In this document: piece by piece, positions 1 to 9,305 of the stretch
Numbering within the stretch: position 1 is the stretch's first letter
Layout: the number at the start of each line of letters is the position of its first letter
Assembly: GCA_003229115.1 (NCBI GenBank)
Contig: QIHT01000241.1
Coordinates: 1-32,000, forward strand
Direction of reading: 5' to 3'
Length of the DNA: 32,000 nucleotides
From: Gammaproteobacteria bacterium
GTDB lineage: Bacteria > Pseudomonadota > Gammaproteobacteria > SZUA-229
The notes under the pieces: generated by a model
What the model was told of the DNA's origin: nothing
Database searches by the model: none
Seen by the model: the letters and a program-made list of their open reading frames with translations, nothing else
Position numbers and translations under genes: made by a program

Positions 1-1443
1 ATCGGCGGCGGACCGGGTGGTGAAGATTGTGCCCGTGACCTGGTACAGCATGGTAAAAAGGTGGCCATGATTAATGACTCAGCTTTCCCGGGTGGCGAGT
101 GTTTATGGCGTGGTTGCATTCCATCAAAGGCATGGCGTGCTGCGGCAGATCGTGTTCGTGAACGTGCCCATGACAATCTACTCGGGGTTGGTGGTACTAA
201 TAAACCCATACTGAGCTGGCCGAAGCTGGAGAAACATCGTCGTGGTGTACTTGAAACCCGTGGCGGTATGGCCCTGAAAACAGACAAGGGCGTCAAGATA
301 AATGTAATACAAGGTTTCGCACGTTTTACCTCTGACCATAGTATCGAGATTGATACATCGGGTAATACCGATGATCCCCATGCACGGGCAGAATACGGCA
401 CCAGCAAAAAGAAACAAAAAACGATTACCTTTGGCGCCGCAGTGATTGCCACCGGGGCCCCGCCTTTTGTGCCACCGATTCCTGGTGCCGACAATAAAGG
501 CGTACTGACTTCTGATACGGTATGGAATTTAAAAAAAGCACCTGCAAAAATAGGCGTGATTGGCGCCGGTGCAATTGGCCTGGAAATGGCGCAAATATTT
601 TCTGATTTTGGTGCCAAGGTGACTGTTCTGGAAGCACAGGATCGTCCCCTGGCCGAAGTCGAGCCAGAAATTGCCAGGACCCTGGCCACGCTCCTGAACG
701 AAAAAGAAAAAAATCTTACTGTGATTACTGCTGCCAAGGCGAAAAAAATCAGCGGCAAACCAGGCGCCATGACTCTTGCCTACGAAGATGCGGAAGGTAA
801 AAATAAAAATTTCAAATGCGATTACGTCTTGATTGCGACGGGCAAACGACCCGTGCTAGAGCCATTACAGCTGGATAAAGCCGGCATCAAAACCGACAAG
901 GGCGTAATAATTGCCGATAATTATTGCCGTACCAATGTCGCCAATATTTTTGCCGTAGGTGATGTCATTGGTGGTTTGATGCTGGCGCACACCGCTGGCC
1001 AGCAGGGCAGGGTGGCGGCGGGTTTACTCACCGACGAACCCTTTGCCTACGATCAGGACAAGGATTGCGGCGTCATATTTACCCGACCACAGGCAGCATT
1101 TGTCGGTTTATCGCTTGAGCAGGCCAAAGAAAAAGGTATAGATGCGGTTGAGGTAAAAGTGCCCATGAGCATTGATGCCAAGGCGATGATTACTGGCGAG
1201 ACTGATGGATTGATCAAAATGGTTGTCGACAAGGCCAGTGAACGGGTTGTTGGCGTGCATTTTCTGACTGACCATGCGGATACCCTGATTGGCGAGGCCG
1301 TAATGATGGTGGCCGGTGACATGACCCTGGAGCAGGTTGGTCGCGCAATTCATCCGCATCCAACTCAAACTGAGCTGTTCGGTGATATGGCCCGCAGATT
1401 ATCATCGAGACTCAGACGCAGCAAAAGAAAAACAAAAGCTTGA
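1..1443 (+). CDS. Class I pyridine nucleotide-disulfide oxidoreductase, dihydrolipoyl dehydrogenase family (5-prime partial; frame open from nt 1)
   Basis: Frame 1 is open from nt 1 and encodes IGGGPGG (FAD GxGxxG) ahead of the tracked Met. Redox-active CLWRGCIPSK motif, second dinucleotide fold GAGAIGLE, and C-terminal HPHPTQTE His-Glu motif. Unusual basic tail RRLSSRLRRSKRKTKA. Confidence 0.85.
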   Translation: MGGGPGGEDCARDLVQHGKKVAMINDSAFPGGECLWRGCIPSKAWRAAADRVRERAHDNLLGVGGTNKPILSWPKLEKHRRGVLETRGGMALKTDKGVKINVIQGFARFTSDHSIEIDTSGNTDDPHARAEYGTSKKKQKTITFGAAVIATGAPPFVPPIPGADNKGVLTSDTVWNLKKAPAKIGVIGAGAIGLEMAQIFSDFGAKVTVLEAQDRPLAEVEPEIARTLATLLNEKEKNLTVITAAKAKKISGKPGAMTLAYEDAEGKNKNFKCDYVLIATGKRPVLEPLQLDKAGIKTDKGVIIADNYCRTNVANIFAVGDVIGGLMLAHTAGQQGRVAAGLLTDEPFAYDQDKDCGVIFTRPQAAFVGLSLEQAKEKGIDAVEVKVPMSIDAKAMITGETDGLIKMVVDKASERVVGVHFLTDHADTLIGEAVMMVAGDMTLEQVGRAIHPHPTQTELFGDMARRLSSRLRRSKRKTKA

Positions 1444-1466
1444 TCGCTGTAGGCTTATTGACCAGC

Positions 1467-1500
1467 AAAAACCACGCCTGAGAAGTCAGCGTGGTTTTTT
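1467..1500 (+). terminator. Rho-independent terminator after the flavoprotein gene
   Basis: aaaaaccacgc / gcgtggttttt inverted repeat with an 11-nt loop, followed by a T-run, about 25 nt after the stop codon. Confidence 0.75.
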
Positions 1501-1600
1501 ATTGCTTGTTTAAACTGCTTAAACGGGGATTTTTCGTTATAATTCACGACTCTGAAATCAGAAAATCATGTAATTTAAGCGCACAAGGCAAAGAAGTTTA

Positions 1601-2821
1601 ATGGGTGAAGTGAAAAAAGTGGTACTGGCTTACTCGGGCGGACTGGATACATCGGTCATTCTCAAGTGGTTACAGGAAACCTATCATTGCGAGGTGGTGA
1701 CATTTACTGCCGATATTGGTCAGGGCGAAGAGGTCGGGATTGCCAGGACCAAGGCCGAGGCCCTGGGCGTAAAAGAAATTTACATTGAAGACTTGCGCGA
1801 GGAATATGCTCGTGATTATGTTTTCCCCATGTTTCGCGCTAACGCTATTTACGAAGGCGAATACTTGCTGGGCACTTCTATTGCCCGACCGCTGATTGCT
1901 AAAAGGCTGGTCGATATTGCCAGAGAAACAGGCGCCGATGCTATCTCCCACGGCGCGACCGGTAAGGGAAATGACCAGGTCCGTTTTGAGCTCGGCGCTT
2001 ATGCGTTAATGCCCGACGTAAAAGTCATCGCACCCTGGCGAGAATGGGATTTAAATTCTCGGCAAAAACTTCTGGATTACGCAGAGAAAAATGGCATTGC
2101 CGTAGAAATGAAACAAGGTAAAAAATCACCTTACTCTATGGATGCTAACTTGCTGCATATTTCCTACGAGGGCGGCATCCTGGAGGATCCCTGGGCCGAA
2201 CCAGAAGATGACATGTGGCGCTGGACTGTTTCGCCTGAAATGGCGCCAGACAAACCCGTTTACATCGAGCTGGAATTTGCTGGCGGCGACATTGTTTCAA
2301 TTAATGGTAATAAAATGACGGCTGCTACTGTTATGGAAACACTCAATACCCTTGGTGGCCAAAACGGTATTGGCCGTGATGACATTGTTGAAAACCGTTA
2401 CGTGGGCATGAAGTCTCGCGGTTGTTATGAGACACCTGCGGGCACAATTATGCTCAAGGCTCATCGTGCCATGGAATCGCTGACCCTTGATCGCGAAGTC
2501 GCGCATCTTAAGGATGAGTTAATGCCTCGATATGCCAGTTTGATTTATAACGGCTACTGGTGGAGTCCGGAAAGAAAAATGTTACAGACAATGATTGACG
2601 AGTCACAGGAAACTGTCAATGGCAAGGTGCACCTCAAATTATACAAAGGTAATGTCACTGTAGTCGGCAGAATGTCGGTTACAAATAGTTTGTTTGATTC
2701 AGAAATTGCAACATTTGAAGATGATGCGGGCGCTTATGACCAGGCTGATGCAGCAGGATTTATTAAATTAAATGCATTGCGTATGCGCATTGCAGAAAGA
2801 TTGAAGCAGCAGAGCAAGTAA
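1601..2821 (+). CDS. argG: Argininosuccinate synthase
   Basis: 406 aa. N-terminal [12 protein letters not shown]-pyrophosphatase motif. Full-length resemblance to type 1 ArgG ([27 protein letters not shown]). Confidence 0.97.
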   Translation: MGEVKKVVLAYSGGLDTSVILKWLQETYHCEVVTFTADIGQGEEVGIARTKAEALGVKEIYIEDLREEYARDYVFPMFRANAIYEGEYLLGTSIARPLIAKRLVDIARETGADAISHGATGKGNDQVRFELGAYALMPDVKVIAPWREWDLNSRQKLLDYAEKNGIAVEMKQGKKSPYSMDANLLHISYEGGILEDPWAEPEDDMWRWTVSPEMAPDKPVYIELEFAGGDIVSINGNKMTAATVMETLNTLGGQNGIGRDDIVENRYVGMKSRGCYETPAGTIMLKAHRAMESLTLDREVAHLKDELMPRYASLIYNGYWWSPERKMLQTMIDESQETVNGKVHLKLYKGNVTVVGRMSVTNSLFDSEIATFEDDAGAYDQADAAGFIKLNALRMRIAERLKQQSK

Positions 2822-2932
2822 TCTGCTTATATTAACCCTTTATCTATATGAACTGGTTATATGCAAAAGCACTGGGTAATGATGCGCCTAAACAGGATGA
2901 ATCAGGTAAAATGACTTATTTTTTTCAATTGG

Positions 2933-5437
2933 ATGCTAATGGTTAAAAGTTTCTCTCCAGGCCAGGCAGTGGATCTTGAAAAGAATCCGGAAATTTTTAA
3001 AAAAATGACGGAAACGGTCAGCTGTGGAATTTTTATTGCTCGCCAGGGGTTCCTTTATGTTAACCCGGCTACCGCTGAATTTTCCGGTTACTCAGAAGCC
3101 GAATTACTTTCCATGTCTAACTGGGCAGAGTTAATACATCCTGATGATAAAGAATGGGTTGTTAAGAATGGTTTGGCGCGTTTGCAAGGAGAAAAAATCC
3201 AGCGACGATACGAGTTCAGGATTATTCATAAGAATGGCAGTGTTCGCTGGCTTGACTATACGGCCGATTCAATAATTTATGATGGTGTCCCCGCTATTAT
3301 TGGGACAGGATTTGATATTACTGAACGCAAAAAAATAGAAAAAGAATTGCGGTATTCCGAAGACCGGTTTAGCAAAGCTTTTCGTTCTACCCCTGCCCTG
3401 ATTGGCATTGTTTCTCAGGATGATGGTCGATTTATTGACGTTAATAAAACTTTTCTGGATGCCTTTGGTTATGAGCGCAGTGAAATGATTGGCAAGACTT
3501 CACTTGACCTGGGTTTGTGGCAAAACTATGAGATGCGCAACAAAATAGTTGAAAAAATTAAAAGCAGTGGGTCGCTGAAAGGACTGGAAGTACCTTATGT
3601 CGCAAAATCAGGTGAAGTGATACAGTTATTAGGCTCTGTCGAGCCGATAAAAATTGATAACGAGCCATGTTTGCTCGTAGTTGCCCAGGACATTACCGAG
3701 AAAAAACGTGCCGAAGCAGAATTACAAGAGGAAAAAGAGCTAGCCCAGATTACACTGGAATCAATCGGCGATGGCGTTATTACAACCGATACTGAAGGCA
3801 ATGTGGAATACATAAACCCGGTTGCAGAGCAATTGAGTGGCTGGAAAAATGAACAGGCAAAAGGCAACCCGGTCGAGGATGTTTTACATTTAATCGATGA
3901 AACAAAACGTGAGCCGATACGTTCTCCGATTGCTGATTGTATTTCCAGGGGACATAGCATCAGGCTCAGAAAACAGCCCTTATTAATAAACAGGCAAACT
4001 GGCACAGAATACTCTCTTGAGATAATAACCTCACCGATTCAAAACAACAAAGGGGAGAACAAAGGTGCTGTCCTTATTTTTCATGATGTTACTGAGCTGA
4101 TAGGTATGGCTCGGCAGTTATCATACCAGGCTACTCATGATGATATGACTGGCCTGATTAATCGTCGTGAATTTGAAGATCGTCTTGAGTCGGCGTTACG
4201 TCAGGCGAAAGACACAAAAAGTACCCATGCCATTGCCTATCTTGACCTGGATCAATTCAAGGTGGTGAATGATACCTGTGGCCACGCCGCTGGCGATGAG
4301 TTGCTTAAGCAATTAGGAAATGTGCTGCAGTACAGGATGCGAGATAATGACACCCTGGCCAGGCTAGGCGGTGACGAATTTGGCATTCTGCTAGCTAACA
4401 TACAACCGCGACAGGCAGTGCGAAGAGTTGAAGAGTTGCACCAGTCAATTGGGAAATTTCGTTTTGAGTGGGAAGACAAGGTATTTGAAGTGGGCGCCTG
4501 TATTGGCCTGGTATCGATTACCAGTGAAAGCGGCACCCTGGCTGATGTCATGAGTGCAGCTGATTCAGCCTGTTTTGTGGCCAAAGACAGTGGTCGCAAC
4601 AGGATACATGTTTATAAGGTTAATGATAAGGATATTGCCAAAAGACAGAATGAAATGCAGTGGCTGCAAAAAATCACCCGGGCATTCGAGGAAAAAAGAT
4701 TTATGCTTTATTATCAGCCGATAAAGCCTCTGTCAGCACACGCAAAAGATGCTGGTACACATTGCGAGTTCTTATTACGGATGATTGATGATTCAGGAAA
4801 TCCGGTTTTGCCTACCGGTTTTATTGCAGCAGCCGAGCGCTACCAGCTAATGCAAACAATTGATAAATGGGTCGTCGAAGCAGCATTTGAAGCACTGACA
4901 AATGAAGAGTTGGCTGCTGATTTAAATTTTAAAACCTGCGCGATTAATTTATCAGGCCAGTCATTTAGCGACGACTCATTCTTGCAATACGTAATAGAGA
5001 AATTAAAAGATTCACCAGTTGATCCGAAACGTATATGTTTCGAAATTACCGAAACTGCAGCGATCGCCAATATAAATCATGCAATGAAATTCATTAACAG
5101 TCTGAAAGACCTGGGCTGCCTGTTTTCACTTGATGATTTTGGCCGGGGCTTAAGTTCTTTTGGTTATTTAAAAGATTTGCCGGTTGATCACTTAAAAATA
5201 GATGGCAGTTTTGTCAGGGATCTCGCCCACGACCCCATCGATTATGCGATGGTAGAGGCAATCAACCAGATTGGTCATGTCATGGGCATTAAAACTATAG
5301 CCGAACATGTTCAGACAAAAGCGGCCCTGAAATTACTGAACAACCTGGGAGTGGATTATATACAGGGATCTATCATAGCTGACCCCAAACCTATAATACC
5401 AATATCGGTTACTCACCCCCTGATAAACCCTGTCTGA
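2933..5437 (+). CDS. Multi-PAS/PAC GGDEF-EAL c-di-GMP signalling protein
   Basis: 834 aa. Three PAS/PAC-like segments. Intact GGDEF motif (RLGGDEFGILL). EAL domain with YYQPI, EFLLR (EAL variant), EITET, DDFGRG and KIDGSFV motifs. Confidence 0.93.
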   Translation: MLMVKSFSPGQAVDLEKNPEIFKKMTETVSCGIFIARQGFLYVNPATAEFSGYSEAELLSMSNWAELIHPDDKEWVVKNGLARLQGEKIQRRYEFRIIHKNGSVRWLDYTADSIIYDGVPAIIGTGFDITERKKIEKELRYSEDRFSKAFRSTPALIGIVSQDDGRFIDVNKTFLDAFGYERSEMIGKTSLDLGLWQNYEMRNKIVEKIKSSGSLKGLEVPYVAKSGEVIQLLGSVEPIKIDNEPCLLVVAQDITEKKRAEAELQEEKELAQITLESIGDGVITTDTEGNVEYINPVAEQLSGWKNEQAKGNPVEDVLHLIDETKREPIRSPIADCISRGHSIRLRKQPLLINRQTGTEYSLEIITSPIQNNKGENKGAVLIFHDVTELIGMARQLSYQATHDDMTGLINRREFEDRLESALRQAKDTKSTHAIAYLDLDQFKVVNDTCGHAAGDELLKQLGNVLQYRMRDNDTLARLGGDEFGILLANIQPRQAVRRVEELHQSIGKFRFEWEDKVFEVGACIGLVSITSESGTLADVMSAADSACFVAKDSGRNRIHVYKVNDKDIAKRQNEMQWLQKITRAFEEKRFMLYYQPIKPLSAHAKDAGTHCEFLLRMIDDSGNPVLPTGFIAAAERYQLMQTIDKWVVEAAFEALTNEELAADLNFKTCAINLSGQSFSDDSFLQYVIEKLKDSPVDPKRICFEITETAAIANINHAMKFINSLKDLGCLFSLDDFGRGLSSFGYLKDLPVDHLKIDGSFVRDLAHDPIDYAMVEAINQIGHVMGIKTIAEHVQTKAALKLLNNLGVDYIQGSIIADPKPIIPISVTHPLINPV

Positions 5438-5463
5438 ATAAATTTTAATATTAAAGAATAGTT

Positions 5464-5847
5464 ATGCGCATACTTCACGCTATGATGCGGGTTGGAAACC
5501 TGGAACGATCGATAGCCTTTTATCAAGATGTGCTGGGCATGTCTGTGCTCAGAAAAAAAGATTATCCTGATGGTAAATTTACACTGGTTTTCATTGGTTA
5601 CGGGCCTGAATCTGAAGGTGCAGTGATAGAGCTGACACACAACTGGGATACTGATGCCTACGAACAGGGAAATGCTTTTGGCCATATAGCCCTGGAGGTA
5701 GACGATGCCTATGTGGCATGCGACAAGATACGTGCCCTGGGTGGTAACGTTGTACGGGAAGCAGGGCCTATGAAGCATGGATCAACCGTTATTGCCTTCA
5801 TAGAAGACCCCGATGGCTATAAAATAGAATTAATTCAGAAAAAGTAA
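5464..5847 (+). CDS. gloA: Lactoylglutathione lyase (glyoxalase I)
   Basis: 127 aa. [20 protein letters not shown] start and [18 protein letters not shown] motifs typical of Ni-type GloA. Confidence 0.93.
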   Translation: MRILHAMMRVGNLERSIAFYQDVLGMSVLRKKDYPDGKFTLVFIGYGPESEGAVIELTHNWDTDAYEQGNAFGHIALEVDDAYVACDKIRALGGNVVREAGPMKHGSTVIAFIEDPDGYKIELIQKK

Positions 5848-5868
5848 TAAATAATAAATATAAAATGG

Positions 5869-6102
5869 TTGAAAAAAAATATGAAATGGCTGGATAAAAT
5901 TGGTTATACGCCTCTGGTTGTGGTTGCAGTATTGCTTGGTTTGGCGCCGTTATCTCCTGAACCACATTTATGGCAAAAACTAAAAATGTTAATGGATGGT
6001 ACGCTGGTCAAACCTCTGGATATGTTTGATTTATTTTTTCACGGCACCGCACCTCTCTTGTTAATTTTAAAATTATCAAAATCAATCATCAAGTCCGGAT
6101 AA
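5869..6102 (+). CDS. Small hypothetical membrane protein (start more likely ATG at 5881)
   Basis: One clear hydrophobic helix (TPLVVVAVLLGLAP) and a second hydrophobic stretch (APLLLILKL). Same strand as, and just upstream of, the glycosyltransferase gene. No recognisable family. Confidence 0.5.
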   Translation: MKKNMKWLDKIGYTPLVVVAVLLGLAPLSPEPHLWQKLKMLMDGTLVKPLDMFDLFFHGTAPLLLILKLSKSIIKSG

Positions 6103-6114
6103 AGATAACAGTTT

Positions 6115-6852
6115 ATGAAACCTGCTGTTAATACAAACGCTCGATTGCCAACTATTTCTATCGTAATCCCTGTCTATAATGAAATTAAATCCATAGAAAA
6201 ATTTATAAATAACTTCTTTAGCATCGCCGAGGATGTGGACCAAGTCGTAATTGTTGATGGTATGAGCAGCGATGGCACGTATGACAAACTGAAATCAATG
6301 CTGGCGGCCCGTCCAGACAATCATCATATATGTTTATTGCAGTCAGAGCCTGGTCGAGCCAGGCAAATGAATGTTGGCGCAGAAAAATGTTCTGGTGATG
6401 CCATCGTATTTTTACACGTTGATACGACATTGCCAGGTGATGGCATTGCCTTGATTCAGGAAAAATTAAATGATGGTGCTTACTGGGGACGGTTTGATGT
6501 CAGGCTGGACGCCGAACCAGTAATGTACAGAGTCATCGAAACCATGATGAACTGGCGATCGGCATGCACGAGTATCGTGACTGGTGACCAGGCAATTTTT
6601 ATCAGGACTGATGTGTTTAAAATGATAGGCGGTTTTCCTGTTATACCTTTGATGGAAGACATAGCCATATCAGATCGACTGAAAACAGTAGCAGCGGCCA
6701 AGCGTATTAAAAGTCGTGTATTGACGTCTGCACGCAGATGGCAGGCACAGGGTGTTTGGTCGACAATTTTACTAATGTCAGTGTTTCGCCTTGGTTATTG
6801 GTTCGGCATAAAGCCGGAACGCCTGGCGCGCTGGTATTATAAAACCAGTTAA
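6115..6852 (+). CDS. Family 2 glycosyltransferase-like protein of the rSAM/selenodomain-associated (arsenosugar-type) class
   Basis: 245 aa. ISIVIPVYNE start, DGxSxDGT and LHVD (DxD-like) motifs of GT2. Abuts the next gene (stop 6850-6852, next ATG at 6853) and lies opposite an ArsS-type radical SAM gene. Confidence 0.8.
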   Translation: MKPAVNTNARLPTISIVIPVYNEIKSIEKFINNFFSIAEDVDQVVIVDGMSSDGTYDKLKSMLAARPDNHHICLLQSEPGRARQMNVGAEKCSGDAIVFLHVDTTLPGDGIALIQEKLNDGAYWGRFDVRLDAEPVMYRVIETMMNWRSACTSIVTGDQAIFIRTDVFKMIGGFPVIPLMEDIAISDRLKTVAAAKRIKSRVLTSARRWQAQGVWSTILLMSVFRLGYWFGIKPERLARWYYKTS

Positions 6853-7488
6853 ATGCCCAATCCTGCGCTCGTAATATTTGCCAAGCAACCTGTTCCTGGA
6901 AAAGTAAAAACGCGGTTAGCGAAACACTGTGGTGATGAGGTGGCAGCGGAAATTGCCTCGGTATTACTAACGGAAACGATTAAGTTGTGCGCCCAGGCCT
7001 GGCCGGGCCCGCAAACATTATATTGTTGGCGAGATCCCGATCACGATTTATTCAGGCATCTGTCAGGGAAGTACAATATCGACCTGGCAAGTCAATGCCC
7101 GGGCTCGTTGGGAGACAAAATGTTTGACGCGTTGTTAACCGAGAGCAAACGTTATGGCAGTGCTGCGGTAATGGGTACAGATGTACCGCATTGTTCGGAG
7201 AAAATATTGCGCCAGGCTTACGGGTTATTGTCAGCGGGAAAGTCAGTCATTGGCCCTGCCAGTGACGGGGGTTATTATTTCATTGGTTTGCAACATCCCG
7301 ACAAAAAACTTTTTGCAGGACTCAATTGGGGCGGTGAGAATGTTTTCGACGAGACATTAACTCGTGCCAGGGACATTGGCACATCATTTGATAAATTAGA
7401 GGTATTACGGGATATTGATAATTGGCAGGACCTGGTAAATGCCTCTTTAAAAGTGCCATGCTTGAAAAAATTCGTGGGTGAAAGCTAG
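6853..7488 (+). CDS. DUF2064-type (CofC-like) transferase, rSAM/selenodomain-associated class
   Basis: 211 aa. LVIFAKQPVPGKVKTRL N-terminus and GxDxP / DGGYYFIGL motifs typical of DUF2064 nucleotidyltransferase-fold proteins. Confidence 0.8.
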   Translation: MPNPALVIFAKQPVPGKVKTRLAKHCGDEVAAEIASVLLTETIKLCAQAWPGPQTLYCWRDPDHDLFRHLSGKYNIDLASQCPGSLGDKMFDALLTESKRYGSAAVMGTDVPHCSEKILRQAYGLLSAGKSVIGPASDGGYYFIGLQHPDKKLFAGLNWGGENVFDETLTRARDIGTSFDKLEVLRDIDNWQDLVNASLKVPCLKKFVGES

Positions 7489-7510
7489 TCGTCTTGAAAA
7501 CAGAACCAGT

Positions 7511-8500
7511 TCAGGCCAACGCACCACCGCAACTACTACCCGCGCCTGCTGTGCAACCAAAACAGTGATCACCCACACCTATATCTTTTCCATTCAGACT
7601 GTAATCAGTCATATCCCAGAGCTGCACAGCTGTATTAGCTGACATTGGCAGGTTTATCATTTGGTTGAAATCACAGTCATAAACGTACCCTAACCAGTCG
7701 ACGCTAATGAGGTGCCGGCACATAAGACCGGGAATAGTCCCGGCATTAAAATTATCACTGAGTAATTTTTGGTAGGTATCGACTTGTCCGCTTTTCTCAA
7801 GATAGTGTTTGAACCTGCTAATCGGCAGGTTAGTTATAGTCAGTAAATTTGAAAACGAAATATCAGAATCTTCAGTAAGTCGTAGTCGATAATCATGCTC
7901 GAGTTCCCCCTGGTCTGGCGGCAGCGAAGCACCTCCCGGGTTGTAGACAAGATCAAGTTGGAGCGCCTCGTGCTTTCCATAACCTGCAGCATTAAGTTGT
8001 TTTAATGCCGTAATGCTTTTATCAAAAACACCCTTGCCCCGTTGGCTGTCGACATTGTCTTTCGTATAACATGGCAAAGAACAAACCAGTCTGATTTTTC
8101 GCTCTGCATACCAGCTCACCATATCTTCATAACCAGACTCCAGGAGAATGGATAAATTGCAGCGAGAGGTTACCTGTACTCCGTTATCTATAAATGCATC
8201 AACCAGTTTTTTAAAGTCCGGGTTCATCTCCGGGGCGCCACCGGTCAAGTCAACTTTTTGAATGCCCGCTTTTTTTGACCAATCCAGGATTTTCTCCATG
8301 GTATCCCAGGTCATAATTTCTGTACGTTTTGGACCTGCGTCGACATGGCAATGATTACAAGCCTGGTTGCAAAGTTTACCAAGATTAATTTGCAGCTCTG
8401 AAAGTTTTGCGCGGGTAAGCGGCCATAAGCCATGATCCTGCAGGGCTTCAGAAAAACCGATTAAGTTATTTTCAGGAATTTTATTGAGAACAGTTGCCAT
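7511..8500 (-). CDS. arsS: Radical SAM/Cys-rich domain protein, ArsS-like (Cys form, no in-frame TGA)
   Basis: 329 aa. CNQACNHC (CxxxCxxC) radical SAM cluster motif near the N-terminus. C-terminal Cys-rich tail HCFGCTAGAGSSCGGALA. Confidence 0.85.
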   Translation of the reverse strand: MATVLNKIPENNLIGFSEALQDHGLWPLTRAKLSELQINLGKLCNQACNHCHVDAGPKRTEIMTWDTMEKILDWSKKAGIQKVDLTGGAPEMNPDFKKLVDAFIDNGVQVTSRCNLSILLESGYEDMVSWYAERKIRLVCSLPCYTKDNVDSQRGKGVFDKSITALKQLNAAGYGKHEALQLDLVYNPGGASLPPDQGELEHDYRLRLTEDSDISFSNLLTITNLPISRFKHYLEKSGQVDTYQKLLSDNFNAGTIPGLMCRHLISVDWLGYVYDCDFNQMINLPMSANTAVQLWDMTDYSLNGKDIGVGDHCFGCTAGAGSSCGGALA

Positions 8501-8523
8501 TTATATTTACCAGCGCTGAATGG

Positions 8524-8555
8524 AATAAAACCCCTGCGTGATAACTCAGCAGGGG
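8524..8555 (-). terminator. Rho-independent terminator ending the peptide-to-DoxX operon
   Basis: On the minus strand: cccctgc, an 11-nt loop, gcagggg, then ttttatt. Lies about 40 nt after the DoxX stop and before the arsS-like start. Confidence 0.6.
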
Positions 8556-8592
8556 CAATATTGGTGAATAATAATAATTAAATAAAATCAAT

Positions 8593-9183
8593 TTACTTTT
8601 TGAAATAATTAGCTATCCAGTAATCGGCACTAACATAACGACCACTGCCTATGAAGAGCAAAACAAGCAACATAATAAAGTAAGTAGCGGCAAACTCAAT
8701 ACCATTATTCAAAATAACAAAATTTCCTTTTTCAGTAAGCCAGTCATAGTTGCCATATTCCTGCAAAAGGCCTTTTGCGGCCTGCAAACGTTCACTCGCA
8801 GCAATAGTACGTTCAGTAGCAAACAAGCCACTGCCTTCGGCGATTGCCAGCCAACCATGCTGCCAGTGAACTGAAGCAGCTGCGACAACCATGGTGAACA
8901 TTAGTGGAATCGAAAACCAGCGTACGCCCAGGCCAAATAACAAGGCAAGCGAACCAACCAGTTCAGTCAATGTGGCAAGCCAGGCCAATAATGCCGGCAG
9001 CGGCAGCCCCAGGCCCCATTCCGGGTTACCAAACCATTCGATGGTACTTTCCATGGAGCCGAGCTTATTATTTCCTGCCATCCAGAAAACAGGGAACAGG
9101 TACAAGCGCAATGCCAGCGGTCCCAGAAAATCAACTACCCTGGTTTTGTTTAATAATTCTTGTGCTTTTATTAAATAGTTCAT
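8593..9183 (-). CDS. DoxX family membrane protein
   Basis: 196 aa with four hydrophobic segments. LRLYLFPVFWMAG and LTELVGSLALLFGLG motifs as in DoxX/DoxD-like proteins. Confidence 0.85.
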   Translation of the reverse strand: MNYLIKAQELLNKTRVVDFLGPLALRLYLFPVFWMAGNNKLGSMESTIEWFGNPEWGLGLPLPALLAWLATLTELVGSLALLFGLGVRWFSIPLMFTMVVAAASVHWQHGWLAIAEGSGLFATERTIAASERLQAAKGLLQEYGNYDWLTEKGNFVILNNGIEFAATYFIMLLVLLFIGSGRYVSADYWIANYFKK

Positions 9184-9305
9184 TTAATTTCTCCATCTGG
9201 TACTGGGCTAGTTTATTTTTCTTATCGATATCTAATATCTGACTCGGCAGTGTTGAATTGGTTCCATGAGGCCATTGTATTCACCAGAATAATCACGAAT
9301 AATTA

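Noticed and set aside
1501-1600. Possible ArgR (ARG box) operator upstream of argG
   Set aside because: Sequences such as tgaaatcagaaaatca only loosely resemble the TGAAT-N4-ATTCA consensus. That is not enough to call a site.
7489-7510. Missing terminators between tightly convergent gene pairs (7488/7511 and 17720/17724)
   Set aside because: The spacing is too short to hold a hairpin and no structure is visible. Termination probably occurs within the opposing genes. Noted, but not a feature.
7511-8500. Possible selenocysteine recoding in the ArsS-like gene
   Set aside because: The ORF is uninterrupted, and the C-terminal motif carries Cys (GSSCGG) with no in-frame TGA. This is the Cys form.
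8891-9242. 95-aa and 112-aa plus-strand ORFs opposite DoxX
   Set aside because: They are antisense to a membrane protein with clear DoxX character, have no start context and have Pro/Ser/Ala-rich composition typical of shadow frames.
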